Made by a program: the position numbers and the translations under genes | The notes under the pieces: generated by a model | What the model was told of the DNA's origin: nothing | Database searches by the model: none | What the model saw: only the letters and a program-made list of their open reading frames with translations | Shown: positions 1-12,070 of the stretch, piece by piece | How positions within the stretch are numbered: position 1 is the stretch's first letter | Layout of the letters: every line of letters starts with the position of its first letter | DNA from: Lingula anatina | Lineage: Eukaryota; Animalia; Brachiopoda | DNA: 64,000 bases | Direction of reading: 5' to 3' | Assembly (NCBI GenBank): GCA_051362555.1 | Contig: CM120642.1 | Location: forward strand, 28,024,001-28,088,000

Positions 1-310
1 TTTGTGGTGATATCAAGGGAGTCCCAAACCTTGAGATAAACAAAACCAAATAAATCAGCCTTAAAATACACATCCAAATGAAATTATTCAAATTCCACTT
101 CATCTTTTCTTACCGTCCCTATATTGATATTCAGGTAACTGAAGCGTAGATCTGGACACAAATGATATTTAAATATTGCTCAGGCAGGTTAAATTTTCTG
201 AGCTCTAGACAGATCAGTGACCTCACAATACTAACTAACTTTTATATTTTTCCTCTTGTTAGAAACTTAAATATTTACGAAAATTCAATAAGCAATTGAT
301 TTTTTAACAG

Positions 311-2671
311 AGTTAGGGCTATTAATGCTAAACGCACCACAGTTGCAACGTTGGTGAACGAGACACGGGAGACACAAGTCGAGTGGGCAACATTGAATTC
401 CACCAACGAAAAGGCCATCATTAACCTACAGCTGATCGAGAAAGACTTGGAGCTGCTCACAGCAAGCAACCTTCGTCTCATGGGCATACTAAAGGCAATC
501 AGCGCGGTCGTAGAAAGGGAGAATCTTTACGACTCGGCAACCGACAAGATCGCAGAGATTAGAATACGTTTTCAGATTGATATGGAAACCTACCTGAACG
601 GAATCCAAGAAAAAATGGCAGCTGCAGGTTCCCAAATCGACTCTTCAGAACAGGGCGACCACTTAATGTTTGCCATCATGACAGCAATCCCGCTTGTAGC
701 TTTGCACACCAGACACATTGTGACATCTGCCCGTCAAGCGGATCTCGCGAGAAGCCAATCCTATCAGGTAGTAGATATCGATAGTGACCAGGGCAGACTA
801 ACACTTGCGTTTAACAGCCAAGGGGGACTCTACATCGTGCAGGAGTCATTAGAATTGGGCACAATGAAGGTCCTGCATTTAGTTAGTGGCCGCGCCAGTG
901 TGGGTCGGCTTTGGAAGTACTTGACCACTCCTGGCCAGGCAGCCTTGGCCGCAGAGTTCCAGAATAGCGCTGACTTTGAAAGAGGGAAAATAATTGCATG
1001 GCTTCAGCAAAACGACCCCATTTACCTGCGCACACTGGAACAAATGGGCTACGTTCCTGCATTCCTGAGCAGGTCTGAAGGTCTTTCACCAGGAGACGTT
1101 GCTGACTTTGTCAGGAAAATAAAACGTTTAAACCAAGATAATTACTTCAAATTCGATACTGACACACCTCAAGGTGATCTTCCAAGACAGTTGAGACCAA
1201 GCGTAGACGTTCTGAACCGAAATGACCTTGCGGCGGTAAATGCATACGACAGGTTAAAGACTACGAATCATGACCTGCTTGACAAATTGAACAAAGCTGG
1301 CTCAACTGGTAAGGCTTAAAAGATTAGTTTGAAATATAATATGTACTTTCCCTGGTTTGTAGAATTTGTCAGGAACACTAATTTTTCAACGTGCATGTAT
1401 GTCACAAATTCACTTTATTAGATGCATATCCTAAAATTATAATACAAATTATAATAATTGTGGAAAAAATGGAAACTAAACAGACCTACATCATTTAAAC
1501 TTTGTATTTGTTCTTGATTTTAGGAAAGTTCATTGAAAACGCAAAAACTCTCACAGACGCAGAGTTCGACGACTATGTCGCAAAGGTTAAAGCGGCAGCC
1601 CCCGAGTTGCCGGACGGTAACCTGAAGCGCTTCGAATGGGACGTGCCTGCCAAAAAAGTGACATTCACGCAAGGAGTAAAAAATGGGTGGTCTTCTTTTA
1701 GAAATTTTGACTTGTTGAACTGGAGAGGACGTCAATTGAAGATAACCGATGTTCTTACTCTAGGGGCCATATTCAGTACAATGAACGCCGCACTCTGTTT
1801 ATATGTGATCGGTTCGTCAAGTGAGAGCGTAGAAGAAAATTTGGTGGAGCTTGAAACTAACTTAAACGAGGCACAAATAAACATTGTAGAGAAAAAAGGA
1901 GAACTAGATTCCCTTCTCATCGATGAGAAAGACCTCTTCGTAAAAATAAAAAGGAACACTGTGTCCCTATACAATCTCCTTGGAACCGACGATAACACCA
2001 TTGCAGACGACCCGAGTTGCCAGGACACCTTGTGCACATTCCTCCGTGACGCTGCCCAAATACAGGTTATCTCTGACTTCCTTGCTACGTGGAATAATGA
2101 TACGGTCACCTCGAGTACAATTCTGGCTAGTCAATTAGATTTCATTGCCATTTTAAAAGATTCTAAGACGGAAATGAGTGATTTGTACTATTCCATCGCA
2201 ATTTTGACCAAGGTCATGAATTGGGTGACCGACGGTTTGACACTGGACAGGATGCTGGAGAACGCAGTCTCGCTGAATCTCAATGCCCTTCTTCCCGACC
2301 ATTTCTCCATCTTAAAGATCATCAAGGCTGCTTTTCCATTGCGCTCTGCCTACGACGGAATTCCACTCAGCTGTATTGGTACTTCCATCACAACACAGGA
2401 ACAACTTGAAGCGTTCTTGGTTATTGCCGCACCTATCACTGGACCCGTCATTGGTGTCATAAAGGCTGGAGCACACATTGGCGCTTCTGTTGATACCATC
2501 GTTGTGGTGATAGAAAATAAAGTGAATTCTGGTGAACTCCCGGCAAACCCATGCAATGGCCATGCTTGTACCAGAGATGACGTTTTGAAGGTAATTGCCA
2601 CTGAGTATTCCAACCAGATTGCATATGATGGAGAGGTTTTGGCAGCATACAGAAACACTGCTACATGTTGA
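311..2671 (+). CDS. Uncharacterised coiled-coil protein with two hydrophobic helices, paralog A (last two exons 311-1308 and 1524-2671; 5' exons not found in the window)
   Basis: Splice sites: acceptor ttttaacag|311, donor 1308|gtaagg, acceptor ttttag|1524, stop TGA at 2671. The phases join in frame (..GST-G-KFIE..). Exon lengths (998 and 1148 nt) are identical to those of the minus-strand paralog, and the proteins align end to end. Confidence 0.9.
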
Positions 2672-5600
2672 TCAGTTGTGCTTGTACATTAAACTTTTTA
2701 CGTCACAAACATAGGGATTTATCGTATGTTGTTATTTTTTCTGCAACCCATTTGCCTGACGCCTTTTGTATATAAGTTATATTTTGATAATCACTCTGTT
2801 TATTCTTTTGAGTAATATTTCCATATTTCTTTCCTAAGCGATCTTCATAAGATCCTCGGTTGAATAATCATTCTGATTGTTATTGGTAGAGAGATACTTT
2901 ACTGTTAACCCAGGCTCTTTGGAGTCATATTTTTTGTCACTAATGTATGGGAGAGAGACCATAAGAAGTCTGGACTTTCATGTGTACAACATTAACTTTA
3001 TTTGTATCTCGCACACCTCTTTTCTACTCCATAATATTTACTATATTTATGTACTATCTCTGCCCCTATGGGCCGAATGGAATCACTAAACACAATATCT
3101 TTAAACAAAGTTTCAAGCCATAATCATGTGTAAAGCTTTAAAGATATTAAGGGTTCAATTTGAATTGGAATTCAAGAATATGAAATTCTGCCAACAATAA
3201 AAAGTGATTTACAAAAATAAAATTGGGCTCTTCTTTACCGTACACAAGCAAGGGTATATTTTGATTAATCCGAATATCTATTGTACTTGTATCTATTGTC
3301 TTGTATGTTTTGCTTGCTCCGGAATAAGCATTATGGACGAGAAATCACGCCCGCACACTTTCGTTCATCCATTTTAGATTAAATGAGTGAAATAGCTAGT
3401 CCAGTTAAAAAAACGAATGCGAAAACGATTAGAAACATTTGTATACATAAATACTTAAGCTGCATTTAGAAAAGATGATCCGCAGACTAACTCGGCATCG
3501 GCATCAAAAATGGCCGACCCCACTGGAAAGCGATGCCACTGACTCTCTCAAGGTCTCTCCGCCTACCATATGCACTAGGCCTGCAGGGGCCTCGATATTA
3601 CACTGATTAAATCTCGGCTAATTGCTAGGCCCGTGCATTGAGGTTGCTTGAGGGGGCTGGTTGACCATAAGGGGTTTAGGCGGCAATGCTTTAAAGCGGG
3701 GTCACACATATAAGTCCGCGGATCAGTTAAGCAGTGGATCATATGTTGTGAATGCGACCTGATCGGCAGAACAACCAGTTTGATGAGAAACATGACTCTA
3801 TTTTTAGTTTATTGAATGGGGTCGGTACGTTGGGATTTTTTTTTTTTTTTTTTTGCTTAGATAATGCGGAAATAAACATAATCATATTTTAAGATGATGC
3901 TACGGCATCAAAGATACATCAGGATGAATTTGCTTGACGTAACAGAAGCGGTTTTTGGACTGAAAACTGCAATATTGATTTTGAATATCTCCCTCGCCCG
4001 AACAACTAACGCCTATTTATTCAAAACAGTAAGTACCACAATCTCGATAGACGAAATTTATATGGAGTTATGACTTCTGATTTTATCGGTAAAGAGGAGA
4101 AATAATGATTTGTTTAATGGAACTTCCAATTAAGAGATCATACCTCTCAAACATTACAGTTCAAAACAAAAAAAGAGTTACTAGATTGTGGGTAACACCC
4201 GTTCCGTCAAACATGCCCATTATTATTACAATATCTTACTAAACTACGCTAACGACAGAAACCGACCAGTCTCTCACACCAATTTACAAAGCAGCGAAAT
4301 TGGCGCTTAACAACTGTCATGTCTAGGTGGTTAAGAGGGTCGGGTGGTGAGTGGAGCAACAGAAAAAGAATTTTGTATTCCTAGTGTTTGATTCTATTGA
4401 AATAATGTTAAGATATATATTTCACAGCAAAGAAACGGGAAATACTATTTTTTCTAATGTAAGCCTTAATGCAAAAAACGTAGCCGACTCTTTTTCTTTA
4501 TAAGCCGTACAAAGGTTTAATATTCAAATGTAAAAAAATTCCCGAATGCGCAAAAGAAAATGTAAAATGATATAGATTTTTTTACTAAATAGTGAAACGT
4601 TTTGGCCAAACTTTAAAAAATGGCCGTCATGCAGGTATCTCTGGTACAAAATTGTTTGCAACAGCATTCTGTTGAATAGACGAAATTACGGAGAGCAGAG
4701 GTAGCAATGTTGATAGTCAGTCCAGTAATTAGTCTTAAAAGACATTTTCCATTACATTTACAAAAACCAACAAGCCTATAAGTAAGATCTGCGGTGTTGT
4801 CCAGTTTTGAGTTAAAGGATTAGGCAAGTTAGAATGCACGTATACCTGACTATTCACTAACTTGTTTTCTCTGGAAGGTAAAAATCCAAAGATTAAAGGC
4901 GCGTTTTTCAAGATGATGACAGCGAGCATTTCCGGCGCACAGGTATGTTTTACAATGTGACATGTGAAGAAAATGGGATGAATTATACATATACTTTCTA
5001 GAAAAAATGACTGCTAGAGGGCTTGTGTATTATATTATGTTATATCATTAAGTTAAGAGTGTAGTAAATCCATTCTGGTTTCCAAACGCTAGGTTTCCAC
5101 TATTGTGCCATTCTTTGCATCCCGTCCAAAATCAGATGTGACATGTGAAGGAAGGACATCTTAAAACTTTCAAGTCAACTTGCATGTGTGCACCCAAATG
5201 AATACACGCACACAAACACACACACGTGCGCACACACACACATAACCGTCGTAGCAACTAAAACCATTCCGTAGCCAAAGAGACGTTTCATCTAGACCAC
5301 AAACGACAATTAAATGTCAACAAGAGGTGTACATGATTCTTTTGAGATTGTTCTATTTAGAATATGTATATTAGAAACATGCGTGTTTATGTAACTGTAT
5401 GACTGACACTGAATAAGTTGTGTATTTTCTTTTCTGCCTCATAAATGTACACGGGGCGTCAAATAGTGAGCTCTTGTTTTCAGTTATTGCGAAGCATTTG
5501 AAAAATATATATACTGGGTTTTTGATTAATTTTTAGAATGGAAATTTTAGATACCCAAAAATTCAAAGACAAACACAACACAGAGACTATATATATGCTT

Positions 5601-6162
5601 CTAAATATATTTTGTTGCCAGGAGGCAATAAAAATCTAAGACCGAAGAATTAAACACGGTAAAAGGCCTCTATAAGTACAACATTTTCATGTGAAAATAT
5701 GGTATTAAATATAGATATCTTCACCGGTATTCTGGCTTTTTAAATCCTACGTTATGTTTAAAATAATGTATGGAATTTAAGAAAACTAATTGAAACGGTT
5801 TACAGCTGTCATGTGATCATTTAAAAACAACAGCACATAGCACTAAACTTATTTAATGGAGAATGTATTCAGGGTTCGTCAGCAGGTGGTTAATTTGATA
5901 ATTCTTTGTGACATTAATCAGTGCCAACTCTGTTAAAGTATGATCAAAAACTATTGCTTAATTGTCTTCAGAAAAGCTTACCAGGACGCACTTTATGTAC
6001 TTTTCATTGAACGTAAAGTGTATGTTTAAAATCTCACAATTTGTCACTTTAAGCTACTTCTATTGTTATCCAAACTAAGTGAAACAAATGGATAATATGA
6101 ATCATAATGAATGACATATACGTTTTCTTTTGGGGCTTAATTGGAACAGGCGACAAGGATCG

Positions 6163-9100
6163 TTAACAAGTGGCAGTGCTTCTGTATGGTGCCAAAGCTA
6201 TGCCATTATATTCTGTTTCGTTGGGATACTCTGCGGCAATCACCTTCAACACATCATCGCTGGTACAGGCTTGGCCATTGCATGGGTTTGCAGGGAGATC
6301 ACCGGAACTCACTTTGTTTTGTATCATCCCGACGATAACAGCTGGGGAAACGCCAAAAAGTTTTCCAGTCTTGATGTCATTAACAACATCTCCAGTTATA
6401 GGAGCGGCGTGAGCCAAGAACGCTTCAAGCTCTGTCTGTGTTGTGATGGAAGTGCCAATACAACTTAATGGAACTCCGTCGTAGGAAGTGCGCGACGGGA
6501 AAGCCACCTTGATGATGTTCAGGACGGAGAAATGGTCGGGAAGACGGGCATTGAGATTCAGCGAGGCTGCATTCTCCAGCATCCTGTCTAGTGTCAAACC
6601 GTCGGTCACCCAATTCATGACGTTGGTGGTGACTGTGGCAGAGTTGTATATGTCAAGCATTTCCGTCTTCGATTCGGCAAGAGCTGCCATGAAAGCCAAT
6701 TGACTAACCAGAATTGTACTCGAGGTGACCGTGTCATTATTCCACGTAGCAAGGAAGTCGGAGATAACCTGGATTTGGGCAGCGTCACGGAGGAATGTGC
6801 ACAAAGTGTCCTGGCAACTCGGGTCGTCTGCAATGGTGCTATCGACGGTACTAAAGAGATTGTACAAGGTGACGGTGTTGTTCTTGACTTTTGTATAGAG
6901 GTCTTTCTCCTCTACAAGAAGAGCATCTAGCTCTGCCTGTTTCTCTTCCACGCTCACCTTGGATTCGTCGAGGCTACTGTCAATGGTTTTGATTCTTTCC
7001 TCTACACTTTGGGTTGACGAAATGGTCATGTACAAACAGAGCGCGACGTTCAAGGAACCGCCAATAGCTCCCATGGTAAGAACACTGCTTATCTTCACTT
7101 GACGTCCCCTCCAGTTAAACAGGTTAAAGTTTCGGAAAGATGACCAACCACTTTTTATCCTCTGCGTGAATGTTACTTTTTTGGCAGGTGTGTCCCAGTC
7201 GAAGTGCTTGAGATTACCGTCGGGTAACTCGGAGGCTGCTGCTTTCACCTTTGCGACGTAGGCGTCAAACTCAGCGTCTGAGAGTGCTTTGGAGTTATCT
7301 AAGAATTTACCTAAAACCAGTAACAAATAGAATTTTGATGTTTAATTGGTGTGAGAGTTTTTAGAGTTTTACAAATGAAAAATCGTCAAACAAATAGTTG
7401 GCCTGAAACGTTTAAAAGAGGTTTGTTTACCGGCAGTTATACAGCACCACCCATTTTGTTACAATACATGTAATTATATTTGGAAGTTTGTGTAGTTCTG
7501 GCGTCACTGATAAACATCGTTTTCAATTAATAGTAATACAGACAAATGCTTGTCAACTTATTTAACTGCTGGAAGGCGAAAGAATCCAAACCAATTGATA
7601 AACAGTTTCCCAACAATCTATCTAATTCTTACCTGTTGTGCCAGCTTTATTCATACTGTCTAGCAGGTCAGGGTTATAAGCCTTCAGTCTTTTGTATGCA
7701 TTGACCGCAGCAATGTCATTTGGGTCCAGAAAGTCTAGGCCTACTTTCATATTCTTTGGAAGATCAGCTTCGGGGATATCGATATCGTACTTGTAGAACT
7801 TGTCTTGGTCTAAAACTGCGGCTTTCTTTACAAAGTCATCTAACTCTGTTGTCGTAAGACCATCTGTTCTACTCAGGAATGCACTCATATACCCCTTTTG
7901 TTTCAGTGTGTTCAGATAGTCGGCGTTATTTTGCTGAAGCCAAGCAATTCTTTTGCCTCTCTCAAAGTCAAAGCTTTCAAGGAATTCGGAAACCATTGCA
8001 GACTGTCCAGATGGCGTCATGAACTTCCAGAACCGTCCAACATTCCCTGCGTCATCGAGCGACTGCAGAACCTTCAGTTTCCCCAATTCTGGAGAATCCT
8101 GCACGACGTAAAGTCGCCCCTCTGGGTTATATGCGAGTTTCATCTTGCCGTTGCCACCAACGACATCTACCACCTGATAGGACTGGCTTCTTGTGAGAAC
8201 AGCTTGACGGGCGGATGTTACAATGTGACTGGTATGCAGAGCTACAAGGGGGACTGATGTCATGAGAGCAAACATTACGTAGTCGCGCTCTTTCAGTGAG
8301 TCGATTTGGGAACCTGTAGATGTCAGTGATGCTTTGATTCCGTTCAGGTAGGTTTCCAACTCAATCTGGAAACGTACTCTGATCTGTGTAACATTATCGG
8401 TGGCAGAGTCGTAAATATCGTCTGTTTCTTCTATGACGCTGATTGAATTTAGTAAGCCCATAAGACGAAGGTTGCTTGATGTTACCAGTTCCAAGTCTTT
8501 TTCGATCAGCTGTAGATTAGTGATGACTTTTTCGTTGGTAGCATTCAATGTTGCCCATTCAACTTGTGTCTCCAGTGTCTCGTTCACAAGGATGGCAATT
8601 TCGCTGCGTTTGGTTTCCAAGTCCTTTAGTCTGAAAATGATTCAATTGCAAAAGCATGCTAATTTTATGAAATGTGACATTTCATAACAACTAGTTTTTT
8701 TTAAAAAAGTTTCTGTATAAGCCGGATATCTGTTATTAATTGCTTATTATAAAGGACAGAAAAGCATTTTTTTCTATACACGCTGGGTAGATTACCACTT
8801 GACCAAAGTTACATGATAGTGTTTGCATATTTGCGTAGAGACCGGCGACAAAAAAGTGAATTATCATTTAAACAAGTTCTATTGGAAGATTTACAGTTTG
8901 CAGAGGCCCATGGCTGTCTTTACAACTATCTGGTTGAAGGTTTGGGTTTGAAGAGAGTGCGAGTATGCAACGGGGCTTTTTTTCCCTTCAAAGCTTCATT
9001 TGTTTTCTGTCAAAATCTCTAATTCTGATTGTGTTACACATTACTGCCAACAATCAAATGATTAATTATTTAAATATCACATTTTAAAAGACCTATGCAC

Positions 9101-11158
9101 ATTCCTAAATGATGATGATTATGAGATATTCAGAGGATATCCATAAAGGTGCAATTTTATAAAGTTTGGTGCACATTAATAACTTTTCTAAGTCGGCCTG
9201 TTAGTTCTTTTAATTCGTGTCCAGTAGGACTTCTACCCAACGTTAATGTATATGATCCCTTAATTGTTCTACCTTAGCTGTCAGTTCTACCATGGCCATG
9301 TCTTTGTCCTCTCCTTCACTTCTGATAAGTAAGGAGAAAACAGATACCGCATTTTATCGAAAGATTTACTGCATTTGTATAGCGAGACCGCGATGATAGA
9401 TCCCAGAGGGCCACTACTGGTAATATCACATTCATAATATAAAGTGCAATATAAATCGCACCGATTAGGACGCAAACCTACCTTTGGCAAGCTCCGGGTG
9501 ACAAACTGTTGCAGTTTAATAGGGTCGATAAGTGGGCTCCTAAACACAGCAAATCGTCCCAGAAATTCTTAAACACGAATTTCAGGCCAGCTCCAATAAT
9601 GGCTGTAAGAGAAAACATTTTTTGTCTAAGAGCATATATCCGTATTGCTTCCACATTATACCGTCCGTATTGCTTCCACATTATACCGATATTCCAGTGC
9701 CCATATTGATAACGAACCTACTGACAATCAGCGCACTAAATATAGTAATTTGTGTCTAAGATACATTGGAAAAGCAGGGAAAAGACGAAAAATTGGATCC
9801 TAGGAACAAAAATAAAAATCAATATTGACACCGAGGCCTGGAAATTGAACATTTTAGGTATTTTCTCCTTTATTATAGCCAAGTACATATTTTATGTTAT
9901 AAGGTCCCGTGCGGAATAGTGGAGCAACTTATAATAAGTTTTATTTTCTTAATCAATTGAAAATGCCAGCTACCGAAACCGTGACAATGAGAGACCCTGT
10001 CCCTGCCACGTTGTTATAATAATCAGTCACGTGACAACACACCCAGCAAACAATAATCCCATTTGAACAAGATAAACAACAAGATAAAAAACTGTAGTAA
10101 TCAAGTAGTGGGAATAATGAGGAACATTTCAAAAAAGTGCTCATATGCATGTTATTGATGATAATTGTAGCCGTAAAGATAACAATGCGGTTTCTGCGAA
10201 TGAATGGGGTGTTTAAAGTTGATATATAATCATATTGCTATATGTTTCTGCGTACCCAGAAAAGCATGTATTGTGGATATTATGAACTCATTTAAAAATA
10301 AATAAATATATCCACCCAGCATCGAATCCATCAATCATTTTATAACACAGGAAAATTATAATGATATTTACTATCTTGCGCAACTAGGAAAACGCACAAT
10401 GGCCAGACACATATACAAACACATAAACAAAATGTAATCACTTTTAAGTTATCCCATTTTTGAACATATATCAAAAGCTATCCATAATTTAGGTAATGAT
10501 GGTGACGAACGAACAGGCAAACAACCCCCCCCCCCCCAAAAAAAAAAAAAAATAATAATTATAATAAATAAAACAATCAGAAAGCAATAAAAGCCAAACT
10601 TCCTGAACAAAGCTGGGTATACTAATATGTTCTTCACTTCTATTATAATGCCTAAACCATTGAAAATCTTCATGAAAAGAAATCAACACGGAATATCGAA
10701 AAGACGAATCAGTCTGTCAATGCTTACATCTCTTCTGGATGTTATGTTGGGGCTCGTCAACTTCTTTATATTTCACTGATTGCACCTTACTATCAGCAAA
10801 ACCCTGCTGTACTCGGATGACGGATCCTATTGCTGAAACGGAAGAAATGTATTCAATTCGCCGTAGCGTGGTTTTGTTATAATTTTGAAATTGCAAAGAA
10901 TACTGATTGACATGTTACGTTTGTGTTGTACCTGTAACAGGTTTCCAAAATCAACTGTATTCAACGACCATCATATGCTATTGTTAAAGAAATGTAAGGC
11001 AAAAATTACAAGACAAACCGTTCATACGTGTAAATACACAAGTCTACAAACATATCTTCATTCTTTTTCTTCTCACCTGGATGAACGTTTTGCACCAAAA
11101 GTAAGGTCGCCATCACGGCGCAGAGGTTCTGCAACGCATTCTTCGACAGGCGGATCAT
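6163..11158 (-). CDS. Uncharacterised secretory-pathway prepro-protein, 817 aa, paralog B (exons 11158-11077, 10832-10728, 9602-9482, 8630-7633, 7310-6163)
   Basis: All junctions are GT-AG and phase-compatible (2454 nt). The N-terminus MIRLSKNALQNLCAVMATLLLVQNVHPA is signal-peptide-like. The pro-region ends HNIQKR and is followed by SIIGAGLKFVFKNFWDDLLCLGAHL. It has heptad-rich helices, hydrophobic segments at about aa 220-240 and 509-532, and a Cys-containing C-terminus. Confidence 0.85.
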
Positions 11159-11986
11159 AGTCACTGTTAAGAAAGAAATTTGAAAAGAATTCTAATACTT
11201 AATTTTTAAAAATTCTAAGATTGTCTTAAACCGAGATTTCATTCTTGGCTTGCTCTATATATAATGGTCTCATGTTATTATTATTATTATTACATACAAT
11301 CGCAGTCCATAATTTCACGATATAGTGTCATACAATTTGAGAACCAGGCCTTAAGGTATCAATACCTATGATATCACCTATTTCTATGAAACTATTGAGG
11401 AACAAAAAAAAAAAAAAAAAAAAACTACAACGTTCTCATGTTAATAAGAACGTGCTACTTTGATTCTAGAGAACAATAACTTTTTTTCAACACCCAACAA
11501 TGCGCACAGAAGAAGAATATCTCAATGTGATAAGATAAGAATTTCTAGATATTTTCTATGATGCAAATAAATAAACTGTAAAATAAATCCCGTTGGATAA
11601 AATGTTCTCACTCGTTTTGCGCCTTCACCACGTTGAAAATCGCGGTATTTTGCATATTAATTAAATAAATCGCAGAATCGCCAAAAGTGGCCATGTAATG
11701 TAAAAATAACCTATTCCGTACATGCGCACATATAATCCGTTTCAGCATATAATTGAAGTATAACTGACAAGAAATTTTACGAAATTCTTTAGCTTTCACG
11801 GAGAATATGGAGGAGGAAACCAAAATTATGCAAGAGAAAATTCTGACTTCGACCGCAGCGAAGGATCCCTCTACTTTAAATAGACTCCCATTTGGTATAT
11901 CAGCAGTAAACGGCGCTGTTGAGTCAACAACCTCTGAGTATAAACACAGCTCTTGCACTATAAAAAATACATATACGTTTGCTTAC

Positions 11987-12070
11987 CTGCCTCCGAATGA
12001 TCTGTATTTTCTCGTCTTATAGTCTTCCTCAATCCTCTGTAGATATCCCGAAGCGTATGTTCTATTTATG
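11987..12070 (-). promoter_or_regulatory. Probable non-coding first exon and TATA-like element of paralog B
   Basis: Strong donor gcag|gtaagc at 11987/11986. CATAAATA lies on the minus strand at about 12063-12070. The exon carrying the ATG starts at an acceptor (11163) 5 nt before the ATG, so an upstream UTR exon is expected. Confidence 0.45.

Noticed and set aside
351-2671. ORF pairs 351-1319/1502-2671 and 8620-7622/7326-6163 read as bacterial-style two-gene operons
   Set aside because: They are exons of single genes, with canonical splice sites at equivalent positions and TTG pseudo-starts.
11608-12022. ORFs of 116 and 71 aa upstream of paralog B
   Set aside because: No motifs or splice support; they lie mostly in the presumed first intron of paralog B.
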